Source: Candidatus Nanohalobium sp.
GTDB taxonomy: Archaea; Nanohalarchaeota; Nanosalinia; Nanosalinales; Nanosalinaceae
Length of the DNA: 20,908 nucleotides
Reading direction: 5' to 3'
Assembly (NCBI GenBank): GCA_042216335.1
Contig: JBDGTY010000012.1
Span: 1-20,908, forward strand
Shown one piece after another: positions 8,717-17,539 of this stretch. The stretch's first letter is position 1. The number at the start of each line of letters is the position of its first letter. The notes under the pieces are model-generated. The model ran no database searches. It saw only the letters and a program-made list of their open reading frames with translations, and was not told where the DNA came from. Position numbers and translations under genes: made by a program.

Positions 8717-9037
8717 ATGTACAAACTGAAAATCTTCTTCCTTATGCTGACCATCTCAGCCAGCCTCACCATCGGAATGTTCACGCTATCAGCGACGGGG
8801 AACGCAGCATCCCGCATGGAGAACAAGGCAGAAAGGTACTCACAGGAAAGCATAATCTGCAACTACAAACTCAACAAGATGAAAGAGACCATGCAACCCG
8901 GAGAAAAGAAGAGCGTACCTGTAAGATGCTTCCAGAACGGAACACCACTGATCGAAGAACTGGCGCCACGCCACAGAGGCAAACTCATGACCAAGAAAAA
9001 AGACGGACTCTACATCTCTGGAGAGAAGATCGTCTGA
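8717..9037 (+). CDS. Hypothetical exported/membrane-anchored protein
   Basis: N-terminal hydrophobic helix, two Cys, basic composition. Confidence 0.65.
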   Translation: MYKLKIFFLMLTISASLTIGMFTLSATGNAASRMENKAERYSQESIICNYKLNKMKETMQPGEKKSVPVRCFQNGTPLIEELAPRHRGKLMTKKKDGLYISGEKIV

Positions 9038-9176
9038 AAAACACCTCTTCCTCAAAAAGATAGCAGTCAGATAACAGTCTAAAACAGCAGTATTGATCGA
9101 GAGGTCGGCCTCATTCAGATGCTTTAAAAATTTTTATTGTCGTAAACAAAAAACAGTAGTAGGTGAAACTCAAACA

Positions 9177-11093
9177 ATGTCAAAGATCGTCGGTATCGAC
9201 CTCGGTACGACCAGAAGCGCAGTAGCATCAGTAGAAGACGGAGAACCAAAAATCCTGGAAAACTCGGAGGGGGAAAGAGTAACACCCTCAGTAGTTGGAT
9301 TTGACGACGGAGAAAGACTCGTCGGAAAACCGGCGAAGAACCAGTTGATGACGAATGAAGAAAATACTGTTAAGTCGATCAAGCGGCATATGGGAGAGGA
9401 CTACGAGGTAACGCTGGACGGAGAAGACTACACTCCTCAACAGATCTCCTCCATGATCCTCCAGAAGCTGAAAAACGATGCCGAGGACAAGTTGGGAGAT
9501 GATGTCGAGAAAGCCGTAATCACAGTTCCAGCCCACTTCAACGACGCCCAGAGACAGGCAACAAAGGATGCAGGAGAGATCGCAGGCCTTGAAGTAGAGA
9601 GAATACTGAACGAGCCGACCGCTGCGGCACTCGCATACGGCCTCGACGATGAAAGCGAGAAAACCGTCTTGGTGTACGACTTCGGAGGAGGAACCTTCGA
9701 CGTAACCGTCCTCGAGATGGGAGACGGCGTCTACGAAGTCCAGTCAACCGAGGGAATCAACGATCTCGGTGGCGACGACTTCGACCAGGAGATCGTCGAC
9801 TGGGTTCTGGAAAAGTTCGAGGAAGAAAACGGCATCGACCTCTCAAACGAGGACGAAGCCATGCAGCGAATCCGAGAAAACGCTGAAGAAGCAAAGAAAG
9901 AACTCTCCAGCCGAAAACAGACCACGATAAACATCCCGTTCATCCACCAGGAAGACGGCGAAACATACAACATCGACTACGAGCTGACCAGGAGCAAATT
10001 TGAGGACCTTGTAGAGAACCTGATCCAGAGGACTACAGATCCCACCGAGACAGCAATCGAAGACGCAGGAATAGAGAAATCCGACATCGACGACGTGATC
10101 CTCGTCGGAGGAACAACCAGAGTTCCAGCAGTCAGGGAACACGTACAGGCAATTACCGGGATGGAGCCGGATCAATCCGTCAATCCTGCCGAAGCAGTTG
10201 CCCAGGGTGCAGCGATCCAGGCCGGAAGCATCTCCGGAGAGATGGACGACATGTTGCTACTCGATGTAGCACCGCTCTCACTTGGAGTCGAGGTCAAAGG
10301 AGGGCTCACAGAAACATTAATAGAGAAAAACACCACTATTCCTGCTGAGGAATCCAAGACGTTCACAACAGCACAGGACAACCAGTCCATGGTCACCGTC
10401 CACGTAGTACAGGGAGAAAGAGAGATGGCATCCGACAACAAATCCCTTGGGCAGTTCAACCTGCAGGGAATCCCGCCAGCACCGGCCGGACAGCCACAGA
10501 TCGAGGTAACATTCGAGATCGACGCAGACGGAATCCTCAACGTCTCCGCAGAAGAACAGCAGAGCGGAGAAGAAGCAAGCATCTCGATCGACGACGCCTC
10601 AAGGCTTGACGACGAAGAGATCGAGGAGATGAAGGAGGAAGCCGAGAAACACGAGGAGGAAGACGAGCTGAAACGTGAGTTCATCGAGACGAAGAACAAG
10701 GCCGACAGCATCGTCTCACAGGCAGAGACCCAAATCGACAACTTTGAAGACGAAGTCGAAGATGAACTAATCGAGGGAATTGAAGAAGCCATCGAAGACG
10801 TAGAGGAAGCCAAGGAAGAAGCAGAGGACATCGACGATCTGGAAGAAGCCTCGGAACACATCGATTCAGCCATCGAAGACCTGGAGGAAGAACTTCAGGA
10901 GATCGGCCAGGAGATGTACGGGGGAGAAGGTGCTCCCGGCGGAATGGGAGGCTTTGACCCAAGTAACATGTCCGAGGAAGACCTGAAGCAGGCAGCCCAG
11001 AACATGGGCGGAGCACCCGGACAAGGAGGAGACGACGAAGTAGTCGACGCAGACTACGAAGAAGTCGACACAGACGAGGAGAAAGAAGAGTAA
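9177..11093 (+). CDS. dnaK: Chaperone DnaK (Hsp70)
   Basis: [44 protein letters not shown]; lacks the ~24-aa subdomain IB insert (archaeal/Gram-positive type); AGGTGA RBS. Confidence 0.98.
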   Translation: MSKIVGIDLGTTRSAVASVEDGEPKILENSEGERVTPSVVGFDDGERLVGKPAKNQLMTNEENTVKSIKRHMGEDYEVTLDGEDYTPQQISSMILQKLKNDAEDKLGDDVEKAVITVPAHFNDAQRQATKDAGEIAGLEVERILNEPTAAALAYGLDDESEKTVLVYDFGGGTFDVTVLEMGDGVYEVQSTEGINDLGGDDFDQEIVDWVLEKFEEENGIDLSNEDEAMQRIRENAEEAKKELSSRKQTTINIPFIHQEDGETYNIDYELTRSKFEDLVENLIQRTTDPTETAIEDAGIEKSDIDDVILVGGTTRVPAVREHVQAITGMEPDQSVNPAEAVAQGAAIQAGSISGEMDDMLLLDVAPLSLGVEVKGGLTETLIEKNTTIPAEESKTFTTAQDNQSMVTVHVVQGEREMASDNKSLGQFNLQGIPPAPAGQPQIEVTFEIDADGILNVSAEEQQSGEEASISIDDASRLDDEEIEEMKEEAEKHEEEDELKREFIETKNKADSIVSQAETQIDNFEDEVEDELIEGIEEAIEDVEEAKEEAEDIDDLEEASEHIDSAIEDLEEELQEIGQEMYGGEGAPGGMGGFDPSNMSEEDLKQAAQNMGGAPGQGGDDEVVDADYEEVDTDEEKEE

Positions 11094-11122
11094 TGTTCTC
11101 TTCCTCCCTTTCTAAATCTCTG

Positions 11123-11141
11123 AAGCCACTGAAAGTGGCTT
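11123..11141 (+). other. Perfect 8-bp hairpin between dnaK and dnaJ (possible processing, attenuation or operator site)
   Basis: AAGCCACT-GAA-AGTGGCTT after a pyrimidine-rich tract downstream of the dnaK stop. Confidence 0.4.
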
Positions 11142-11170
11142 ACCCATGATCGAACATTGGTGAAAGTTCG

Positions 11171-12247
11171 TTGGCGAAAGAATACTACGAACTTCTAGGG
11201 GTTTCGGAAGACGCCTCGCAGGAAGAGATAAAGAAGGCCTACCGCAAAAAGGCGAAGAAGTACCACCCTGACTCCAACTCTGAAGAGGCTGACGAAGAGA
11301 AGTTCAAGAAGATAAACAAGGCTTACGACGTTCTCTCAGATGAAGAAAAGAGGAAGAAGTACGACAGGTTCGGAAAGCAGGGCGTTGAAGGCCATGCACA
11401 GAGAGGTCAGCGCCAAGCAGCCTCAAACTTCCAGGATCTTTTCGAGGAGATCTTCGGGGGCGGAGGCTTCGGAGGCCAGAGAGGCGGGAGAAGGCAGAGA
11501 AAAGGTAAAGACCTCAAGATGTCCACGACAGTTACTCTAGAGGATGCATACTCCGGAGTCGAGAAGACCTTCGAAGTAGAGCGTAAACAGCAGTGCCCTG
11601 AATGCGATGGGACCGGCTCGGAAACCGGAGAGACAGATACATGTGCCGAGTGCAACGGACAGGGAAGAGTCCGAAAAATAGAACAGTCAATCTTCGGCCG
11701 AACACAGACAGTGCAGGAATGTCCGGAATGCCACGGCACAGGAGAAGTACCGGAAGAAAACTGCAGCGAATGCGGCGGAGAAGGTCTGAAACAGCAGAAT
11801 GAGACGATCAGCGTCGATATACCTGCCGGAGTGCGCGACGGCCAGAGACTCAAGATGAGCGGCAAAGGCCACGAAAGCCGCAAAGGAAGGAACGGCGACC
11901 TCTACCTGGTCGTACATGTAGAAGAGGGCGAAAAAATCGAGAGAAGAGATCAAGACTTATTCACGACACTGAAGGTCGGAGCCGGCGACGCAGCACTCGG
12001 AAGAGAAGCCAGGATAGACCATCCGGAAGGAAAACTGAAGATCGAGATTCCTTCAGGCACACAACCCGGGCAGGTACTGAGAGTAAAAGGAAAAGGAATG
12101 CCCAAGAGGAGAAAAAGTGGCGATCTCTACATCAAGATAGACGTCGAGATACCGGAAAAAGCCGACGGAACAGAAGAACTGGAAGAACTTTCAGAGGAAC
12201 CTGAACAGAAGAAGAACTTCTTCGAGACAGTCAAGGACTTCATCTAG
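11171..12247 (+). CDS. dnaJ: Chaperone DnaJ
   Basis: J domain with HPD, G/F region, four CxxCxGxG repeats; TTG start preceded by GGTGA. Confidence 0.97.
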   Translation: MAKEYYELLGVSEDASQEEIKKAYRKKAKKYHPDSNSEEADEEKFKKINKAYDVLSDEEKRKKYDRFGKQGVEGHAQRGQRQAASNFQDLFEEIFGGGGFGGQRGGRRQRKGKDLKMSTTVTLEDAYSGVEKTFEVERKQQCPECDGTGSETGETDTCAECNGQGRVRKIEQSIFGRTQTVQECPECHGTGEVPEENCSECGGEGLKQQNETISVDIPAGVRDGQRLKMSGKGHESRKGRNGDLYLVVHVEEGEKIERRDQDLFTTLKVGAGDAALGREARIDHPEGKLKIEIPSGTQPGQVLRVKGKGMPKRRKSGDLYIKIDVEIPEKADGTEELEELSEEPEQKKNFFETVKDFI

Positions 12248-12255
12248 AACTAGGA

Positions 12256-12275
12256 AGCCCCGTCCGGGAGTAGAA
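12256..12275 (-). repeat. Degenerate copy of the tRNA 3' end (old att scar)
   Basis: AGCCCCGTCCGGGAGTAGAA matches AGCCCTGGCCGGGATTTGAA (20854-20873) at 16/20, same orientation, at the point where base composition changes. Confidence 0.55.
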
Positions 12276-12382
12276 TTAAGAGTTCACCTGTAGGGCTGAA
12301 AATTCTCAAGTTTGCAAGAATCTAATTCGGTTGTTCAAAGCTACTGGGTTGTAAAGATTTTGAAAAAAATATGGAAGTGAGG

Positions 12383-12790
12383 TTAGTAAGAGAAATCAAA
12401 TGATTCCTCTATTCCTTCTAACTCGTAGTCTTCTAACCCAAATTCTCTACTTCTCATTTCTGATGGTTGCTTGTTTCTCAGAATCTGTCCGACAATCTTT
12501 TCTGGGTCATCTGGAGTAGTGGTTTCTTCTACTGCGTAGGAAGCTGCTTCTTCTGGTGCCATACCTTCGTCCAATCCATCAAGCATCGTATTTACTTGTT
12601 TTACAAAGACTGGCAGGTATGAACCTTCAAACCCATCTGCTTTTTCAGCCATTTCTTCTTCAAGACTTACATATGCTTGAGCAGCTTCTTCAAAATCTGC
12701 GTCTTCTCTTCTAACTCCGTTGCCTGCAATTTCGGCACTGTAGTCAAGTGCGTCTTGCAAAAAACCTTTGACTGCGATGTGCTGTTTCAT
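12383..12790 (-). CDS. Acidic hypothetical protein in an AT-richer segment
   Basis: 135-aa ORF; TTTATAA upstream (~12814-20); codon style differs from the core genes. Confidence 0.7.
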   Translation of the reverse strand: MKQHIAVKGFLQDALDYSAEIAGNGVRREDADFEEAAQAYVSLEEEMAEKADGFEGSYLPVFVKQVNTMLDGLDEGMAPEEAASYAVEETTTPDDPEKIVGQILRNKQPSEMRSREFGLEDYELEGIEESFDFSY

Positions 12791-12953
12791 ATGTTACCTA
12801 TTAGTGACAAACATTTATAAAGTTGATTGTTGAAACACCTGTCCTCGAGATTTTATATTCTGAATTGACTGTTTACAGGTTCAAATCCCCTGACCATCTG
12901 AGATAAAAATTTTAAACAGAGAGACTCTATTCCTGCCGGAAAAGGCAAAGCTA

Positions 12954-12966
12954 AGCCCTGGCCGGG
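12954..12966. repeat. att core, tRNA-distal copy (AGCCCTGGCCGGG)
   Basis: Identical to 20854-20866. Confidence 0.9.
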
Positions 12967-13049
12967 GTAAACAGCATCTGTCAATTAAAGTGGGCTATAT
13001 TGGTATTAATTCGCCAATTTTAAGTAACTTTAACGTTCTAAATAACGTT

Positions 13050-13202
13050 ATGAGTTACAAACTTCAAGTCAAAGACTCTACAGACCAAGCAACAATCACA
13101 GTGCCAAAGAACATGAGAAAAGCAAAAGGATGGGAAGACGGACAAGAACTAGAGTGGAAGATAAACGACAAAGGGAACCTAGAGCTTGAAGAAGCTAAAT
13201 AG
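13050..13202 (+). CDS. AbrB/MazE/SpoVT-family DNA-binding protein
   Basis: 'QATITVPKNMRKAKGWEDGQELEWKI' swapped-hairpin signature; ATG 13050. Confidence 0.85.
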   Translation: MSYKLQVKDSTDQATITVPKNMRKAKGWEDGQELEWKINDKGNLELEEAK

Positions 13203-13240
13203 TCGAAAGATACTTTAGAACTTTTCACGAGTTCTGGAAT

Positions 13241-14587
13241 ATGGATAAAGAAAAACTACAATCCATCGTTGAGACTGGAGAAGATCAGAAAACAGAGTTT
13301 AAACGTTCTGTAAGTGATATAGCTGTAGTAGTTACTTCTTTTGCTAACGCCGAGGGAGGTAAACTTATTATCGGTTTAGAGGACGATGGCAGCAGAGTTC
13401 CAGGGCTTGAAAAATGGAATTTAAATGACAAAAGATCTGATGTCCAGGATGAAATAAATACGGTAGAGGGAGTTCTGAATACCAATATAGAGGCGGTAGA
13501 TGGACTATTGGTTGTGGATGTAGATGGAAATAAAGATGCAGTGAATAAAGCTCCTTCTGGGTATTACATAAGACAAGATACTGTAGATCAATCGATGTCT
13601 CATGACCAGATTAGAGCTTTGATGGAAGAAAGTGGAGATATAAACTTTGAGCAGGTTGAGTGCCGTAGATTCCAATATCCTGAAGACGTTGATCCTAATG
13701 CAGTTGATAAGTTTCAGGAACGTGCGAAAATTTCGGATGAAGAAGTTGAAAACGATTCAATGCTTAGACATCTAGGTCTTGCACATTCAAAGGAAGGTAA
13801 AATAGAGGTAAATAATGCAGGAGCTATTCTTTTTGGAGTTAACCCAGAAAGATTTGTTCCTAACTCAGGTATCCAGTGTATATCATTTGAGTCAGAAGAT
13901 GACGATATAGAATGGGTAGAAAAGAAAGAGATTAACTCTCCGCTTATATTGGCGGTTTTTGAGGCCATAAATTTTATTCACAGTAATACTAGATCGAAGA
14001 GAAGAGTCAAAGACACAGGCAGAGAAACAGTAAATCAGTACCCAACTAATGCTCTGAGAGAGGCTCTGGTCAATGCAGTCGTGCACAGGGACTACCACAA
14101 TCAAAGGCAAAAAACTCAAGTAAAGGTATATCCTAATAGAGTAGAAATAAGCAATCCTGGAGGCCTTATAGGCAATATGTCAATAGATGATCTTTGGGAA
14201 GATGAATCAATACAAAGAAACCCTACTATAGCCAGTGTAATGCAAAGAATGGAGCTTGCTGAAGAAATGGGGACAGGAATACAGAGAATAACAAAAGAGA
14301 TGACTGATAGAAATTATCCAAAGCCTGATTTTGTGGACAATGGAAAGTTCGTGGTAAATTTGATAGGTAGGGAAATGCCTCAAGACCTCAACCAACGGCA
14401 GAGAAGGGCAATTAGACACCTATACTTCTCAGAAAAAATCACTTCTTCTGATTATCAAGAAATAGTAAATGGAGAAATATCCAGAAAAACAGTCTTGAGA
14501 GACTTGAATAATCTGATAGAGAAAGGCTGGATAGAAAGAAGAGGAGAAGGAAGTGACACACACTATATACTGAACGAAAATAGGTGA
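13241..14587 (+). CDS. Schlafen/AlbA_2 + HATPase_c_4 (RecG-C-like) + C-terminal wHTH protein
   Basis: 'GEDQKTEFK...SFANAEGGKLIIGLEDDG', 'ALREALVNAVVHRDY', 'ISNPGGL', 'RNPTIA', 'EEMGTGIQRI', 'SRKTVLRDLNNLIEKGWIERRG'. Confidence 0.9.
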   Translation: MDKEKLQSIVETGEDQKTEFKRSVSDIAVVVTSFANAEGGKLIIGLEDDGSRVPGLEKWNLNDKRSDVQDEINTVEGVLNTNIEAVDGLLVVDVDGNKDAVNKAPSGYYIRQDTVDQSMSHDQIRALMEESGDINFEQVECRRFQYPEDVDPNAVDKFQERAKISDEEVENDSMLRHLGLAHSKEGKIEVNNAGAILFGVNPERFVPNSGIQCISFESEDDDIEWVEKKEINSPLILAVFEAINFIHSNTRSKRRVKDTGRETVNQYPTNALREALVNAVVHRDYHNQRQKTQVKVYPNRVEISNPGGLIGNMSIDDLWEDESIQRNPTIASVMQRMELAEEMGTGIQRITKEMTDRNYPKPDFVDNGKFVVNLIGREMPQDLNQRQRRAIRHLYFSEKITSSDYQEIVNGEISRKTVLRDLNNLIEKGWIERRGEGSDTHYILNENR

Positions 14588-14850
14588 CAAAACGTGTCAA
14601 AAGGTGTCACATTAATGTCAAGAGAGGTCTAGAAAGTACCTATAGGTATCTATCAACACCTATACACCCCCTCCCTCTGTGTCACGGCGGTGTCAAGGGG
14701 AGGGGAGGGGTACCCTCAGTAGTGGCCGGCCATGGCCATCCGCCAGCACCTCATAAGGTACCAGGGATACACCCCATAGGCGGGAGGCCCCTCATGGGCT
14801 GGCAGGTACCCATGGGTACACCCTTGCATGGATAGACCCTCCATCCATGG
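14585..14850. repeat. GC-rich palindrome/iteron-like non-coding cluster (candidate origin)
   Basis: TGTCA at 14595, 14605, 14616, 14680, 14691; GGTACC at 14709, 14757, 14805; CCATGG at 14730, 14810, 14845. Confidence 0.55.
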
Positions 14851-14905
14851 ATTATTGATGTATCCATGTTAGACCTAGACCAAACACTATTCTATCCTAG
14901 AACTA

Positions 14906-15484
14906 CTATCTATCTGAGGAAGACCGAAGATGAATTTCACCTAAACCAAGTTTCTTGAAATCTACTTCCTCATTCATGACCTCCATAAGATTCTGCGACC
15001 CTATACTTCCCACTAGAAATATAGCTAATCCAAACACCAAAACTAAAAATATAGACAAAATATATCTCAAAACTCCCTCAATTAGATTGGTGGACCACAC
15101 AATCTCATAGACCTGAATAAAAGTAAATATAAACAAAGAGAACGTAAATATGGTTTCTACAGCCGCCGATTTCTTCTCTTGGTTAATTAAAGTAGCGTTA
15201 ATCCTCCTATTCTGAGTAAGAAGAGAGCTAAGTTTACTATTTTGATAAAAATCCTCTCCTTTCTCTTCCAAACTAACGTTACTGACGCCATCTATGTGAA
15301 TTAACCCCAGCCTACTAACTCTTTCGATAAAGTTCTCATCATAACCTGTCTCTCTGGCCACTTTGTTCAGTTTAACTTCCGATCTAGCCTCCAGTTTTTC
15401 GGATAAGAGATAATCTATCAAACCCCTAATTCTCTCTTCTTCCAAATCTGAAAGCCCCTCCTCCATACATACTATTTTCCACAT
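14906..15484 (-). CDS. Hypothetical membrane protein (soluble N-terminus plus two TM helices)
   Basis: 192-aa ORF (start may be ATG 15466), two hydrophobic helices, AT-rich. Confidence 0.75.
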   Translation of the reverse strand: MWKIVCMEEGLSDLEEERIRGLIDYLLSEKLEARSEVKLNKVARETGYDENFIERVSRLGLIHIDGVSNVSLEEKGEDFYQNSKLSSLLTQNRRINATLINQEKKSAAVETIFTFSLFIFTFIQVYEIVWSTNLIEGVLRYILSIFLVLVFGLAIFLVGSIGSQNLMEVMNEEVDFKKLGLGEIHLRSSSDR

Positions 15485-15617
15485 TAAAGTCTAAAATCTA
15501 ATCAGAAACTTCCCCAAAAATCCTACCCACACAATGAAACACAAAAATGTCAGCCTCGAAGAACCTAAAGGCCTGCTATACCAAAAAATTGAAGACAGAG
15601 CAGTATAAACTTTACGT

Positions 15618-15844
15618 ATGAAAGAATCAGACAGACTTCAAATAGAGTACCAAAGAGCGGAAATCTTCTTCATAGGGGCGTTAACAGTGTTTTACTAGTC
15701 CTAGAAGTGATTAAAATGACTTCAGGCCTAACAGCAAGCCTAACCAATCTCGTTGCCTACATTGGTTCAGGAGGACTCTTGATTATCGGTGCTAAATCAC
15801 TTCTAAGTGCAGAAAAACATAGAGGAAAAATATTGGAAGATTAA
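15618..15844 (+). pseudogene. Frameshifted small two-TM protein
   Basis: MKESDRLQIEYQRAEIFFIGALTVF continues after a -1 shift at the T run 15690-93 as LLVLEVIKMTSG...YIGSGGLLIIGAKSLLSAEKHRGKILED*. Confidence 0.5.
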
Positions 15845-15868
15845 GGAGTAACTTTCCAGACGGTTTTC

Positions 15869-16057
15869 TCATTGCCGTTTACCCACTTTGCTCTCGAAGA
15901 CCTTGCCATAACTCTCTAACTCCTTGAGATGCTTCTTCACAGTCTTCTGATTAGTTCCCAGCCTCTTTCCAAGCTGGCTCTCGTTATGTGGAAACTCCTC
16001 GAGCGCTTCCAGAATCTCCTGCTTGATCTGGTAGTCCTTACGCTTAGACTCTTGCAT
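15869..16057 (-). CDS. Winged-helix HTH protein; probable frameshift in the wing (natural end at 15841)
   Basis: 'EILEALEEFPHNESQLGKRLGTNQKTVKKHLKELESYGKV'; GGAGGTGA RBS before ATG 16057; the +1 frame continues KWVNGNEKTVWKVTP*. Confidence 0.75.
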   Translation of the reverse strand: MQESKRKDYQIKQEILEALEEFPHNESQLGKRLGTNQKTVKKHLKELESYGKVFESKVGKRQ

Positions 16058-16178
16058 CGATTTTCTCACCTCCACAAAAACCGCCTATAATACAGGTTTT
16101 AACCGACACACCCAATGATGACAACTGCGGAACAACCCCGTATCTCTTCTGATTAGGTAAGGGCAAAGAAGAAACCAT
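16044..16178 (-). CDS. 44-aa micro-ORF (MVSSLPLPNQ...KIDARV)
   Basis: TGATG coupling to the upstream stop, GAGGTGA RBS, bridges the gap between neighbours. Confidence 0.4.
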   Translation of the reverse strand: MVSSLPLPNQKRYGVVPQLSSLGVSVKTCIIGGFCGGEKIDARV

Positions 16179-16753
16179 CAAGCAGTCACCTCAATCTGCT
16201 CTAGGTTCAAGAACCAATCTGGCCTTTCTCCCTGTAAATCAGCGACCTCTTCCTGTAATTGTTCTACTTCCTGACGAAGATCTTCAAACTCATCCTCATC
16301 AAATACTAGCCTCTCAACCTTCTTATCGAAAGCAGGAGTGTCTTTAATTTCCTCATCATTCATATCCTGCCATGCACCGGCTCTATCCTTAAGATTCTCT
16401 AAAACCTGTTCTTCAGCCTCTTCTCTATCAACAAAGTCTTCTTCAGATTTTTCTTCTAACTTTTCCTGTTTCTCTTGTAACCTCTCCTTCTTGTCCTTCA
16501 ATGTCTTCTGCTCTTTTCTTTCCTCCTTAATCCGCTCTAATTTTTCCTTTTCCTGCCTCATATCTTCTATCTCTTCATCCAGTACCTCAATCTTCTCTTC
16601 TAAGCTTAGAGTCTCTTCTTCCTCTAGTTTCTGCTGAAAGAAGTCTGTAGGCCCCTCGTAATGCTCCTTAAGATGATTTTTCTTTTCATCAATGAGCTGC
16701 TTAATTTTCTTATTATGGTAAATTTCGGTTCTACCTCCACTCCATTTACTCAA
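16178..16753 (-). CDS. Coiled-coil Glu/Lys-rich hypothetical protein
   Basis: 191 aa, heptad-like E/K content; GGAGGTGA RBS before the TTG start. Confidence 0.8.
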   Translation of the reverse strand: MSKWSGGRTEIYHNKKIKQLIDEKKNHLKEHYEGPTDFFQQKLEEEETLSLEEKIEVLDEEIEDMRQEKEKLERIKEERKEQKTLKDKKERLQEKQEKLEEKSEEDFVDREEAEEQVLENLKDRAGAWQDMNDEEIKDTPAFDKKVERLVFDEDEFEDLRQEVEQLQEEVADLQGERPDWFLNLEQIEVTA

Positions 16754-16925
16754 ACCCAGTCACCTCCATCCATACAGAAAAACCACTGGTGAAACTAACC
16801 CATAGGGTATAGGTGCCCGAGTACCCGTACACATACCCGGGTAAACAACCATTGAACCACTTTTCAGCCTTCAGAGGCTTTCTTTTTGTCCCCGGGTACT
16901 CCCCGGGTAAAAGTAAGAACATCAT
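16746..16925 (-). CDS. 59-aa micro-ORF (MMFLLLPGEYPG...EVTGFE) overlapping CCCGGGTA repeats
   Basis: ATGA overlap with the upstream stop, GAGGTGG RBS, open across the whole gap; atypical composition. Confidence 0.35.
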   Translation of the reverse strand: MMFLLLPGEYPGTKRKPLKAEKWFNGCLPGYVYGYSGTYTLWVSFTSGFSVWMEVTGFE

Positions 16926-17158
16926 GAAACCACCTCAATATCAGTGCGTGCTATCGAAGAACCATCAGATTCGATAGGTATGTTTTCATCCTTAATCACC
17001 GACTTGAGGAAATTAGAGGCGTCTGAAGTCCTTGAGTAAGGTTCATTACATTTAGTAAGGAGCTTACAAGCCTTTCTGCGGTTAATTTCACTCTGCTGCC
17101 CGAGAACCTTCATAAGAAGTCTAAAGGCCTCATTCTTGGAATCAGTATCAAGCTCCAA
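16922..17158 (-). CDS. Hypothetical protein
   Basis: Track ORF 16922-17167; the GAGGTGA RBS favours TTG at 17158. Confidence 0.65.
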   Translation of the reverse strand: MELDTDSKNEAFRLLMKVLGQQSEINRRKACKLLTKCNEPYSRTSDASNFLKSVIKDENIPIESDGSSIARTDIEVVS

Positions 17159-17291
17159 CCCTCTCACCTCTCAAAGCTGCCGTATCCGCTACTATCGTCT
17201 CCCGACTGCAGCATTCAGTGCACCTATTTAATCCTCCCATATTGGTTTTCTCTACTTCAGCCCTGCACTCACGGCAGAAGTAAACACTCAT
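17148..17291 (-). CDS. 47-aa CxxC...CxxC zinc-finger microprotein (absent from the ORF track)
   Basis: MSVYFCRECRAEVEKTNMGGLNRCTECCSRETIVADTAALRGERVGA; ATGA overlap; GAGGTGG RBS. Confidence 0.7.
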   Translation of the reverse strand: MSVYFCRECRAEVEKTNMGGLNRCTECCSRETIVADTAALRGERVGA

Positions 17292-17539
17292 TGGATACCA
17301 CCTCTGTTTACTGCCTTTAGGCCTTTCTTAACCAGTTTCCGGACTGTTTCGGCAAACGTTATGCCATGGGCATCCTGGATGCCTTCCACTTCTCTGTAGG
17401 TATCTGCTTCGAATCTTACTGTGCTTTGAAGCTTCTGTCCTGTCCTGGTTGGAACCGAATTGCTGCTTTTATTTATGTTCTCGTACATATCCAATGTGTT
17501 CGACGCATTGGAGGCCTCTACGGTCTCCTTACTTTTCAT
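17288..17539 (-). CDS. Ribbon-helix-helix (CopG-like) protein
   Basis: 'STVRFEADTYREVEGIQDAHGITFAETVRKLVKKGL'. Confidence 0.75.
   Translation of the reverse strand: MKSKETVEASNASNTLDMYENINKSSNSVPTRTGQKLQSTVRFEADTYREVEGIQDAHGITFAETVRKLVKKGLKAVNRGGIQ

Noticed and set aside
10172-10873. 233-aa Ser-rich - strand ORF
   Set aside because: Antisense shadow of the acidic dnaK C-terminus.
12253-12287. IS200/IS605 right-end-like GGAAGCCCCGTCC...GTTCAC
   Set aside because: The complementary hairpin arm and tnpB are missing; the 16/20 match to the tRNA 3' end is the simpler explanation, though an IS relic is not fully excluded.
14584-14835. 83-aa Gly/Pro/His-rich ORF
   Set aside because: Composition reflects the GC-rich palindromes and is unlike the acidic proteome.
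14709-14852. CRISPR array suggested by the 48-bp periodicity
   Set aside because: The conserved part is only about 6 bp, there are three units, and no cas genes are present.
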